A program made the translations under genes and the position numbers. A model generated the notes under the pieces. The model had not been told where the DNA came from and did no database searches. It saw nothing but the letters and a program-made list of their open reading frames with translations. From the NCBI GenBank assembly GCA_964645645.1, contig CAZYBC010000006.1, forward strand, positions 1-63,224: a DNA stretch of 63,224 nucleotides, in the 5' to 3' direction. Source of the stretch: an uncultured Pseudomonadales bacterium. GTDB taxonomy: Bacteria > Patescibacteriota > Microgenomatia > UBA1400 > PJMF01. Positions 40,201 through 52,200 of this stretch are shown here, piece after piece; the stretch's first letter is position 1, and every line of letters starts with the position of its first letter.

Positions 40201-43200
40201 GAGTCCCAACAATTGTTCACGAGCGGCCTGCGCTTCGTCTTTAACCTGGATTACTTCTTCCACTGGGGCATAACTGTCAGCAACAGCAGCTGTGGGTGGA
40301 TTAGGAGCAACTAAATCATTATCACGTTTAACAATTGCCTCAGTTAAATAATTTGCTTGTTTTAATAAAGCTGTCTTTTGGGTATCTAAATCTCTATATT
40401 TAGCTCTTAAAGCTTCAATCTGTTCTTTTTCTGCTTGGTGGGCTTGTTGGTAAGTAGTGGTAGCGTTAGCTAGGGCAGAATTTCTTTGTTCTAAGGTTTT
40501 AGAAAGAGTAGCTAAAACTTCTTGATTATCTTCTAGATAGGGTTCTATCTTAGGAATGAATTCATTATTAAGTGTATCAATCAACTCTGTTAAGGTCGCA
40601 GATTCATTTGTCCAATTATAGGCTTCAATCAACTCCAAAACTTTTTTATAAACATTATTTAGAGCTTCATTTTCCTCATTTTGACCAGCAATATAATTGA
40701 ATTCATTAAAAATAGTTGCTAAATCAGTTTCTAATATTGCAAGATGACTACCTATCTGTGATAAATCATTTTCTGCATCCCAATTAATATAACCAATTAA
40801 CTCTTTTAATTTTCCAGCTAAATTAGTGGCATTGTATCTAAAACTAGCTGAAATTTTTTGTTCATATAATTGTTTTTCAATGCTATTAAGCCCATCATTA
40901 TATGCTTTATATCGTGGATCATATTCTGCATTGATCTCTGCTATTTGTTGGTCTAATTCAGCTATTTGGGCTTTGACTTGCTCTAATTGTTCTTCTAAAG
41001 TCAATTCTGGAGAAGGTTCTTCTACTACTGGCTCAGTAAGAGCAGTTTCAGCTGCGACTTCTTCAGTTGACTCGGTTTTAAGCTTAGCTAATTGATCTGC
41101 CCAAGCTTTAAACATCTTGCCTAAGTGTTGTTGATTAGCAGTTTGAGCTTTAACAAAAGCTTGATATTGAGGCAATAAAGCTAAAACTGAATTAATTGGC
41201 CCACTACCGACTGGAATTGAGTTGTAAACACTTTTTAATACAGTATCTCTGGCAACAATTGCTTGTTTATCCGCCTGGGCAAGCTCTGCTTCCAAATATT
41301 CTCTGCCTTCAATTCTAGCCAAAGGATAATTGGCTTGTTCGGCAGTTAAGACAATCGGGTAGTTAGTTTGATCTGCAGTAATTGCTTCAGTGCCGGACTC
41401 AACCGCAACTGTTTCTGTTTCTTGATTTTCTACTTCAGAACCTTGTCCCTCCTTAGCTTTTACTGGATGAGTGGCAAAGTAAGCTGTTATGTTATATTGA
41501 TCAGCCAAATTAGCCAAAGTAGCACGGCGTGCTAACCAGGCTTGATACTGTTCAAAAAGATTTTGTACTGTATCTACTGAACCCATTAAAGGAATAGCTT
41601 GTCCAAATCTAATTGGGCCACGATCTTCTATCACTGCTGTTGTAGCAGCTGGCACTTCATTTTCAGTAAACGTACTAATAGTTTCAGCCATTCTAGCTAA
41701 AGGAGCTTCTTGATAGCGAACAATAGGATAGTTAGTTAAATCTGCTTCTAAAGCTGGTTTAGCTTGCAATGATTGCATTACTGGGGAATAAGCAAATGTT
41801 TCTAAAAATTGGTCAACTCTTTTTTGACCAGTAATTCTTGCCACGACTTGATCAACTGCGTCTACCAACCAATTAAACTCTACAGCTCGAGAATCGTACA
41901 AAACTGGCAAGTATTCTTTAACAACTTCAGTGTTGGTTAAATTTGGTAAAGCCGGAGTCTGATTAACGGTCCGAGTATCGCCTTGTTCTAATTCTTCAGT
42001 GCCAGCTAAATCAGAAACTACAGTGGTCGTAACTAAGACGGTAGAAGGTTGGTCATATACTGCCATTTGAGCTAAATATTCTTGTTGTTCTCTAGCTGCA
42101 GCTAATTCTTGAGCATAGCTTGGTAAAGAAGGATAACCACCATAAGGCACTAAAGGCGCAACAACTTCTTCATAAGGTAAGATAGGATAGTTTTCTTCAG
42201 TAGTAGTGGTAGTAACTTCTTCAGCTGGAGCTTCAGCTTCAACAGTTTGGGCTTCCTCAGTTGGAGTAGTTTCTTCTTGAGCAAACATCGGTTGTTCTGT
42301 TGTGGCTACAACTTCTTCTTGTGTAGTGCCGCCTGTACCGATTTGCTCCGCTTGAACGGAAACTTCTCCTGAAACTGGTTGTTCAACTTCTGGTTTAATT
42401 TGTTCAGTGACTGGCTCAATTTCTGCTGGCTGAACTTCTTGCACTGGCTGAACTTGTTCTATAGCTTTAGGAGCTTGGCTTTGTTGTTGTAAAGTTTGAT
42501 ATAAATCTAAGAATCCTCTAACCTTAGTGAAGATTTTTGTTGTATCAGTCAAAATTCCACCAATACCTGGAATAGAACTTGTTAAATCTGGAGTGGCAAT
42601 TTCTGATTCCACAATTTCTCTAACTGCAAAAACCCAATCTGTGGTTTGAATACCACTGATAAGATCTGTATCTTCTACACCGAGATAATCTTGTAGGTCA
42701 CTGACTAATAAATTATTTAAAGTGTTTTTTAATTGCAATACATCAGTTTCATTTAAATTTTCATCTTCTAAAGAATCAATTACAAGATTAATTTGTTTTT
42801 TCAGCTGAGGATCATCAACATAACTTTCTAAAGCAATTAATCTATCTAATAGTTCAGCAGCTAAATCATTTGGCGACAGCTCGTTTGATTTATTTATTAA
42901 GTCAACAATTTCCATTCTAAGATCATGTCTCATTAATCCGGCAAATAACTCACTAAAGCCGTCTTCTTTCATTAAGCTGTCTACATCAAATGTAAATAAA
43001 GCTCGTTCTGATTGCATAGTTAAACGATCTCTAAGTTGAGCTTTTTGATCGTCATTGGCAGAGCGATAATCCTTAATAATTCCACCTAAATTCTTGATTT
43101 GTTCACTGGTCATTCCCAGGTCTTCCATGGCTTTCTTGAAAGCCGCCACACTAAAATCTTCGCCAAATAAATCACTTAACAAAGCTTGGACTGATGACAC

Positions 43201-46200
43201 TCTCATATTTACTTTAGGAACAATTTTCCCTTGCTCATTAACCATAAAAGTAACTTCATCAAGCAAGCCAGTATAGGTTGGCAAAGTTAAATCAACAGTT
43301 ACTTCGTTAAATTGATTCTTTACTGCCTCAATATATTGATTTCTTCTATCAACTGCCAAATTTTCATCAGCCATTAATAAATCAATAATTTCTTGTTTTT
43401 TCTTTTCGACATAAGGCTTTAATTTGGCTTTAACCGCTGCATTAATTTGATCTTGTTTTTCTTCAGCTTCTAAACCTGCAAACTGTTGTTCATATTTTTC
43501 TATTAAAAGTTGCTTATAAAGTCTAATTCCGTTTAATTTTTCCAACACAGCTGGAATCTTGAAGGCTTCTGGAGCTTTAGTTTCTGCGGTAGTGCCTAAA
43601 GCATCTACAATTGCTAAAACGTGGTGAACCATTTCTGGATGTACGCCATCACTTTCTACTCTAAAATCTGCATCATAGTTAGGATAACTATGCAATAAAA
43701 TTGCTTCATAAACAGCCTCAAAACTAGCCTTGCCGAGATGTCGTTCAAAATATGATTGATTAGCTTTTATAAAAGCGGCTGAAAAAATAGGGTGATCTTT
43801 TGAAGCTTCAAAGCTAGCTTGAGCCTGAGCAACTCCAGTTGTATAACCCATATCATGAAGTAAAGTTGCTACAACAAAGGCTAATCTATCTTTTGCTGTT
43901 ACGACTAAACCAGCTTGCTCTAACTTACTTACTGATTCTAATAAAGCTAAACCTTTATTTAAGTTACCCCTTACAATGTGGTTATTACCATGATCACTGC
44001 CGGAAAAAACCTGTTTATCTCTTAAAATTTGATAACTTAATAACCTAGCCATATCTCTAGCGAATTCAACGCCAGCAATTCTTGAATTTTCCCCATTAGC
44101 TAAGACATAATCGGCTAAAACCTCGTTAGCGGCTAACATCACATCACTAATTTCAGCTTCTGTTAACTTTGCTTTTTGTTCACCACCTTGGTAATTTCTG
44201 AGCTCAGCTTCAATGTCAGCTACTGTTGTAACTGTTAGATTTTCTTTAATGCCAAAGAAATAATTTACTTCATCCATCATTACGGCTGGTTTAACAACTC
44301 CATTGTCAACTAATCTAGTATAGGCTGCACCTAAGTCACCTTTACCGTCTACCAAATCTCTTAAGGCAGCTTTTTTACCAGCAAAAGTATTCCATCCTAA
44401 CACTGACTTAATAGTATTAATTAGTCCTTTACCTTTTGCTAAATTAAGTGTTTGAGCATATTCGGTCTTACCCTGTTGTCTTAGCTTAGCTAATTCTTCA
44501 TCGCTAGAACCATGAGCTAAAGTTACTGGAGACTCGGTTTTTACGACTTCTTCTTGAGTAGTACCACCTGTATCAGGTTGTTCTGCTTGAGCAGGAGCTT
44601 CAGTTTTTACTCCTAAAAAGTTAAGTAAAACCTCAATAGCTTGCTCATGAGTGTAAATTTCTTTATTTTCAAAAACTTGGGTGTATAAATTAGCAATCTG
44701 CTCGTTACTTAAGGCTCTTACGTTAGCAGAATATTGGCCTAAACCACGATCGGCTAAGTATTTAGTTAAAGCCGTTGTTTTTTGTTCTGTAGTTCGTTCC
44801 TTAATTTCAATAACAGGGAATTCAACACCTCCAAAAATTACAGTTTCAGCCGGCTTAACTTCTTCTTGAGTAGCACCACCAGTGCCAGGTTGTTCAACTT
44901 CTGGCTGGGCTTGCTCTGGGGTAGTGGTTTTTTGCCCAAAGCCTAAATCTTTTGCAATGCCACCAAACCAATTCCCAACTTTATAAATAAAACTGTTTTG
45001 AATATTAGTTTCAGCTTTAGCTGCAGCTTGTGGTTGAACTGGTTGAGCTTGCTGACCTGGCTGTACTGGTGTAGCTGGCTGTGATTCGCTCTTCTTAAAT
45101 AGACTGATCAAACCAGTACTTAAAACCTTTTGCACAGCTGGAGCATTAACCAAACCACCAGACCACCATTGAGTTAGATTAGTAGCAGAACCAATTAAAC
45201 CAGTGGCCCACCATCCACTTAATCTTTCTCCTAAAGTGGGTTTTGTCGTGGAGGCTTTTTGTTCTGTAGTTTGGGCAACTTTTTCCGTTTCAGTTTTTGG
45301 AGTGACTGGTTGAGTTGGTTTGTTTAAATAAGTGGCAATAAAAGCTGGCTTAATTACGGTTGGCCAAGTGGTATCTAAAAAGGCTGCTAAACCATTGGCC
45401 ATTGTTCTAGGAATAAATAAAGCAGTATTTACTAAACCGCCCTTGGGCAAATTACTCTGACGAGTAGAAAAATTATCCGCAACCGCAGTAATAATTCTTC
45501 TGGTACCGGCTAGGAGGGTGGGCTGCATAGATGGAGCTACTACTCCAGTAGCAACAGTCCTTCCAGCGTTATTTCCAGCTGCAACCTTAGCGACATCATC
45601 AGTCTTTTTAACTGTAGCATTATGCTGTAGTAAATATTCTGATAAATCACCACTATTGACTACTGCTTCTTTACTAATTGGGGCATTTTGATCAGCGTAA
45701 GCTAATCTATTAGCATCAACTTCAACATTACTTCTCATTCTAGCGAAAGCTTGAGGATTATTTGTTTCAATGTATTTTAAGATACTTTGATTAGCTGAAT
45801 CACTAAAAAGATCTTGCCATTTAGATTGAGCACTAGCTAATTTAGCTTGTCTAGCCACTAAAGTATCTTGAGATCCACCAACTAAATCAACATTTCTACG
45901 AGATTCATTGCTAGACATTTCTAGTAATTTTGCAGAAGCCCAACTAGCAATTTTAGCATCAGCTGACATTGATAATTCTGCTAAAACTCTTGTACTAGCA
46001 CTCTCGATACCATTATCTAATCCTTGAGTTGTCTTTAGTTGTTCTACTCTTAATTGAGCTTCATTAATACTTTGTCTAAATTCTTGAAAATCAAACTCAT
46101 TAGCACTCGCTAATCTAGTAGTAGCATCAACGTTAAGATCTAAATTAGATCTAGTTGAATCCAAAATAATAGCATATTGTTCAGCCACGGCTGTACCACG

Positions 46201-49200
46201 ATCAAGTCTAGCACCTGCCTGAGCAACTAAACCTTCTGGAGAATTTTTACTAACCAAAGTAACACCAGGCACATTACCTTCAGTTCTGATACTATCTCCT
46301 GTAGCCCCACCTCGACCAATGACAATGGTCATGTTTGCTGGATTATCCTGATAAAGTTTTTGAACTCCTTTAGCATCTAAATTATCATTTAATATTCTTC
46401 TGCTAATTGTTTCATTACCAGCTGAATCAACAGTTCTAACAAAGGCTACTTCTACATAGTGATCACCTCCTTGTTGAACAAAATATCGTTGTCTGTCTGA
46501 AAAATCACGACCCTGAGCATCAGCTTGAGCTATCCGCATAGTATCACCAACATCATCAGAACCAATAACATACTTCACGCTATCATTAGAAGCCAAACCA
46601 TTACTTTGAGCTAATTTTCCTGATCTAATTAAATCAACAATTAATTGAGTACTATCTTCCAAACCAGAAGCCATATAAGAACGATCTTTATTAATTCTAG
46701 CTCCGATATCAGTGTCGGCAGTGTTGACAATCTTTTCAACAGCTTCTGTATCTCTATAAGTATCAAATCCTAAAGTTGTCTCTACCACACCACGACCATC
46801 GGCAAAGGCACCTGTGACAGCGCCTACTGAAGAATTATTTAAATCAGCTAAATAATCAGCAAAAGTAGAGCGATAAGCGGTTTCTGGAGAAGAAGTTAAA
46901 CCATCAAAATTAACTTTAGAAGCCGCATTATTAACTCCAGGATTAGCTTGAGCATAAGCTTTGGCTCCAATAAATTCCATTGCTGCTTGTAAGCTAGCCG
47001 TATAACTTTGGCCTTCATTTTTAACACCTCCAGAGGCTGGGATCGTTACTGGATCTTTAGTTCTATTATTGGCATTATTAGCTTGTAATTGAGAATCAAC
47101 ATCTCTAAAGTAATCAACACCAAATTTCATCTTCAAACCTTGAGCAAAACTGTTAATTTGGTCAATTTGATCTAAAACCTGATTAGCTTGAGCACTTGAA
47201 TCTTTAAAGCCAGCTGCTTCTAAACGACTAGTTAAAGCGTTAGTATTACTAGATAGAATTTCTAACTCTTGAGCATTGCTCCTTACGTAATCAACTAAAT
47301 CACTAATTTCAGTCTCACTCATCCCTTTAAAAGCTGAACTTTCTCCATTTTTAACTTTAAGTTGAGTAAAAATTTTATCTAAAGTATCATCGGTAAAACG
47401 AGCTACTTCAGCACCATCTGCTTCTCTAACAGTTAAAACTCCTGCATGATCTCCAGATCCCCAACGATTAATTAAGCCTGTATCAAGAATAGATTCACCA
47501 ACTAAATTAGCAGCGTCTTTTTGATTTTGAGCAATTGGTTTACTGCTTTCACCAGTAGGATTAATTGCTTGCCTAGAAGGATCCATATTTATCTGAAGTT
47601 CATCTACATAAACGCCAACATTAGAACTTAAATTTTTATATAAACTAACCGCCACATCTCTCGTTGAGCCTAAACTATAATTATGAGCAGTATTTCTTAA
47701 AAATTGAATTTGATCTGGATTACTAACTAAATAGTCAGCCGCAAGCACTTCTGCTTGATAAGCTTTATCCTGTAAAAATTTATTTTGATCAAATTCTACA
47801 ACTTTAGTTCCTTCTGGACTCATGGCTCGTAATTGATTAGCTATATCAGCTTCACCACCTGCTTTAGCAATATAAATTCCTTTATCTCTGCCATAAACTG
47901 TTTTTTGAATTTCTAAAACTAAACCACCAACAAAACTTTTTCCTCCGGCAGTAGTTAACTCTACAGCTACTTTAGGAGAACTTAAAATTTGAGCTAATGT
48001 GGATAATTGATTAGATCTTGTATTGAAGAAAGCAATCCCTTCAGATTGGCCAGCTCTTAATTCTGCTGATCTAATAATATTCTCTATTTGTAAATTCTTC
48101 TGAGGATCACTACTAACTTGAGGGATATCCAATTCACGAGTCTGCAACAGCTGATCAATATCAGAAATTACTCTTAAGGCTTCAACTGAAGTTTGATCTA
48201 AACTAGCAAATTTTTGTTGCAAATCAGCTACTGTATCTAATAAAGTGGCTTGTTTAAGTTTTCTTAAAGCTTGGTTGAGTTGTTGTTCTACTGCTAGAGT
48301 GCGTTGCCCTCCATTTTGACTAATTAAATCAGCTTCTATTTTTGTTAAATCTACTTCTGAGGCTGATTTTTTACCCAATTCTGTAGCTACTTGATTTCTT
48401 AATTGTTCAGCTTGGTTCTTAGTACTTTGAGCAGTGGTTTCAGGACGGATTGTAGTCAAACCAGCTAATACAGGTTTACTAAGATTATCATCTTGATTTA
48501 AAGATGCCGCTTTAGCTTTAACTGAATCTAAATTTTGTTGTAACTGAAGTTTTTGTTGTTCTAAATTTGCTCTTTGGTTAATTAAACTTTGATTATCTGG
48601 ATTAATGTTTAGTTTACTGTCTAATGCTCTAATTGCATTATCAAAACTATTAATTTTTTCAGTTAATTTTCTGACATCTCCTTCTGTTTGAGCAATTTCT
48701 TGAATACTTTGTTTAGCTTGATTAAATCCTGCTTGCAATTCTTGAGCAACTTCTGCTTGTGTTTTAATTGGTTGTTCTTGTGGCTGAGCTGTTTTTTGCG
48801 CTTCTTCCACCTTGGCAGTCTCTGTTTTTACCTCTTGGGTACTAACGGTTTGTCCGCCCCTGCCAAACCAACCGCCAACTGTTTCTTGGATTCGTTGGAA
48901 AATTCCGGGCTGAGCGGCAGGTTTAGTGGTTTCTACTTGAGCTACTTGTTCTGTTTCAGTTTTAACTGTTTCTGGTTGAGCGGCACCTTCAGCAGTTTTG
49001 GCTGTTTCGGGCTTAATGCCTTCTGCTTGAGCTTTAGCGACAGCTGCTTCAATAGCTTGCTTTTGTTGTTCAAATTCTTGATTAACTTTAGCTAATTCAG
49101 CATCGGCCTGAGCTAATTGAGCTTCCAGTTCTCCACGTTGAGTTTTAATCTGTTCTGCCTGAGTTACATCACCAATTTGTTCGGCAATTTTCACTGATTC

Positions 49201-52200
49201 TTCAACCTTGGCAATCTTACTTTCTAATTCTATTTTCTGTTGTTCAATAATTTGTTTTTGAGTTTGAGCTGCTTCCAATTTTATTTGAGCATCAGCAATC
49301 ACTGTTTCTGGCAGAATTGCTTTAGCGAGTCTTATGTCTTGTTCTTGTTGTCTGGTTTCGTAGATTTTATAAGCATTATCTTTTTGAACAGTAAGATCGG
49401 TATTTTGCTTAATTAGATTATCTCTCACTGTAGCTAAAGCTAATTTTTCTGATTCTGGTAAATTAGGTTCTTTGCTTAACTTGCCCACAATGGCTTCAAT
49501 ATCGGTTTGGTTAGCTTTAACTAAATCTTCATAATATTTAGCCTTGGCATAATAGGGGTCAGATAAAGTCGTATCTAACTTAACGGCATTATCAAGTTTA
49601 GCCACATCCAAAAGAGTTTGCTGAGTTTTAACAAGTGGATCAAGTTTAGGCACATCCGCGCCACCTAAACTGCGGACTGGCTGGCTGTTTCTAAAATTAC
49701 TAACATCAGACTGCACTTCAAAACCAGCTTGGCCTAGACCAACAGCTAAGCCCAGGAAGGCTCTAGTCTGAGCAAATTGATCATTAGGATTAAGATTAGC
49801 GGTATTTTGTAGAGCGTAATAATCAAGCATTGAGCCAGATACATCAGCTAAAAGATCAGTGCCTAAATTAAGGGCTGCATTATTAGGATTAAATAAACCA
49901 GCTGTACCAGCCACAGTGTTTAACACTGAGCCGCCAACACTGGCCCAATCAGTTAATTGTTGACTTTGAGCAGCATTAACCGTTGCTAAAGTTGTATTAG
50001 CCAGGCCTAAGCCATAACCTAGTTGTTGAGCATTAGAAGCAACTAAGCTAGTCGCAGTTTGGGCAGTCCCAATAATGCCTTGGGCGCCACTGCCCATTAA
50101 GCCAGTTAATTGCACGCCTTGTTTGGCCGCTGTTAAACTGCCAGTAACCGGAGCTAAAACAAAGTTGGCTCCAGCTAAAGCGAAGTTAGCACCCTGTTGT
50201 AAACAGGCTGGATCATTTAAAGCATCTTCAGAAGTACGACAAACTGCGGCGGTCTGAGAGCCAGCGCCAAAAAAGTTTGAGCTAGCTAAAGAAACTTGAG
50301 TTGTACCTAGTAAAGTAGCTCCCACTCCTAAAGCACTCGCTCCACCAGCAGCAGCAGTGATTCCTAAAGCGGGAACAGCTACTACTGCACTCGCTATCGC
50401 TACCTTTTCCATCACCGCACCACTTAATTCCAAAGTGGCTAAAAACTTATCTCCACCAGTATATTGATTAGCAAAATCAGTCTGAACATTAACATAATTT
50501 TCAACGCTATTGCCAAACCAATTGCTAGAAGCCATGGTGGTCATTAAGTTATAGGAAAATTTATCTACACCTTGCAAATCCTTAGTGGCTATTAAAGCTT
50601 CGCTTGCCCATTCTGAATCTCGATTTAAAATTCTACTGGTAATATTTTCTTTACGTAAAGCTAACTGAGCATCATCCAAGCCAAACACTACCTTACCAGC
50701 ACTGTCACCTTGGCAATCCGCAATTTGACCGTTAGTTTTAGTTACTAACTGACATTTTTGTTCTACTAAATCCTGAACATTGCGACCACCCAAATAGTCT
50801 TGATAAAGTTGTTCTAAATTGCGATTTTCTTGTTCAACTAAGCGTTTTTGATTAGCCACTTGAGCAATAGCTGGTTTTTCTAAACTAGGTGCTAAATACG
50901 CCAAAATTCCTTCTTGAGTACTACATTTTTGATAATCATTTGGATTGTCCGCTCGACATTGGTTGTACAAAACCTGCATATCTGTACTTAAATAAGTGTT
51001 GATGGTTTCTGTTTGAGCTTCTTCAACTTTAGCGGCAATCTGACGATATTTTTTAGTTTCTTCTTGTTTATAAGTAATAATATTTTTAACTTGATCTTCA
51101 CTGACCCCAGGGACTACGATCTGTAAAACCTGTTGTTCATTGCTACATAATTCTGGTTTACCAGTTAAACTGACACATTCAACCTGTAAATCGGTATAAC
51201 CACCAGCTAAATAAATACCAAATTTTTGATTTAAATTTTGAGTAAAAGCCTTATCCTCTTCAACCTGATCAAAAATATAAGCAGTTTCAATCTTTGGATA
51301 CAAAGCTTTTAGAATTTTTTCACTAGATAAAGTACAAGCAGTGTTGCTATCACCTAATTCAGCTTTACACTGATTTCTTAAATAGTCGAGATCATTATCA
51401 ACCAAAGCCTGATAAGAACGAGAAAATTTAGCGTTCATTAAATTAGTCACTTCTTCTTGGCTTAAATTAGTTTTTTGCTCTAACTGACTTAAGGTTAATT
51501 CTTTGTTATCAGTTAAATCTTGAATAGCTTGATTACTTGAAGGCTTGATTATTGGTTGAGATGGAGCTGGAGTTTTTTCAGCTAACAAATCTGCCAAACT
51601 AGAAGCTGTAGGAATCGGAGTAGGTGGAACTTTAGTAGGTGTGGCAGTTGGATAAGCCGGAGTACGATTTTCTTGCACAATTGAACCAGTGGGTGAGCAA
51701 ACATTTTCACAAACTTGATTCTGTGTACATTGGCCATTTTTATCTAATTGGGAATACCAACAGAACTGCTCACCAACTTCTACCGTACCTTGGCTAGTTG
51801 GATAAGTACAAGGCATGATGAAAGCAGGCCCCTTACAAGCATTACCCACCGCTCCTTCTGGGATACATTGACCTTTGGCACATTTAAAGTTTTCTTTACA
51901 AGGATTAAATAACCCACATTTCTCTTTTTCCTGACAAATCCCAGCCTCACAACCACCTTCGCAGTTATATTCTAAATAACCAATTTGAGTTTGTTTACAA
52001 ATTAAAAGCTTAGTGCCGTCAGCAGAACATTGACTAGAAGGATAAGTACAAACATTGGCCGCACATTGACTGCCACTACAACCGCCATCACATTTACTAC
52101 TTCTAACAAAAGTTCCTTGCTGACAGTTATATTGCCAGTAAGAGCTGTTCCACCATTCACATTTAGTTTCTCCACTGGAACATTCTTTTTTAATTTCTCC

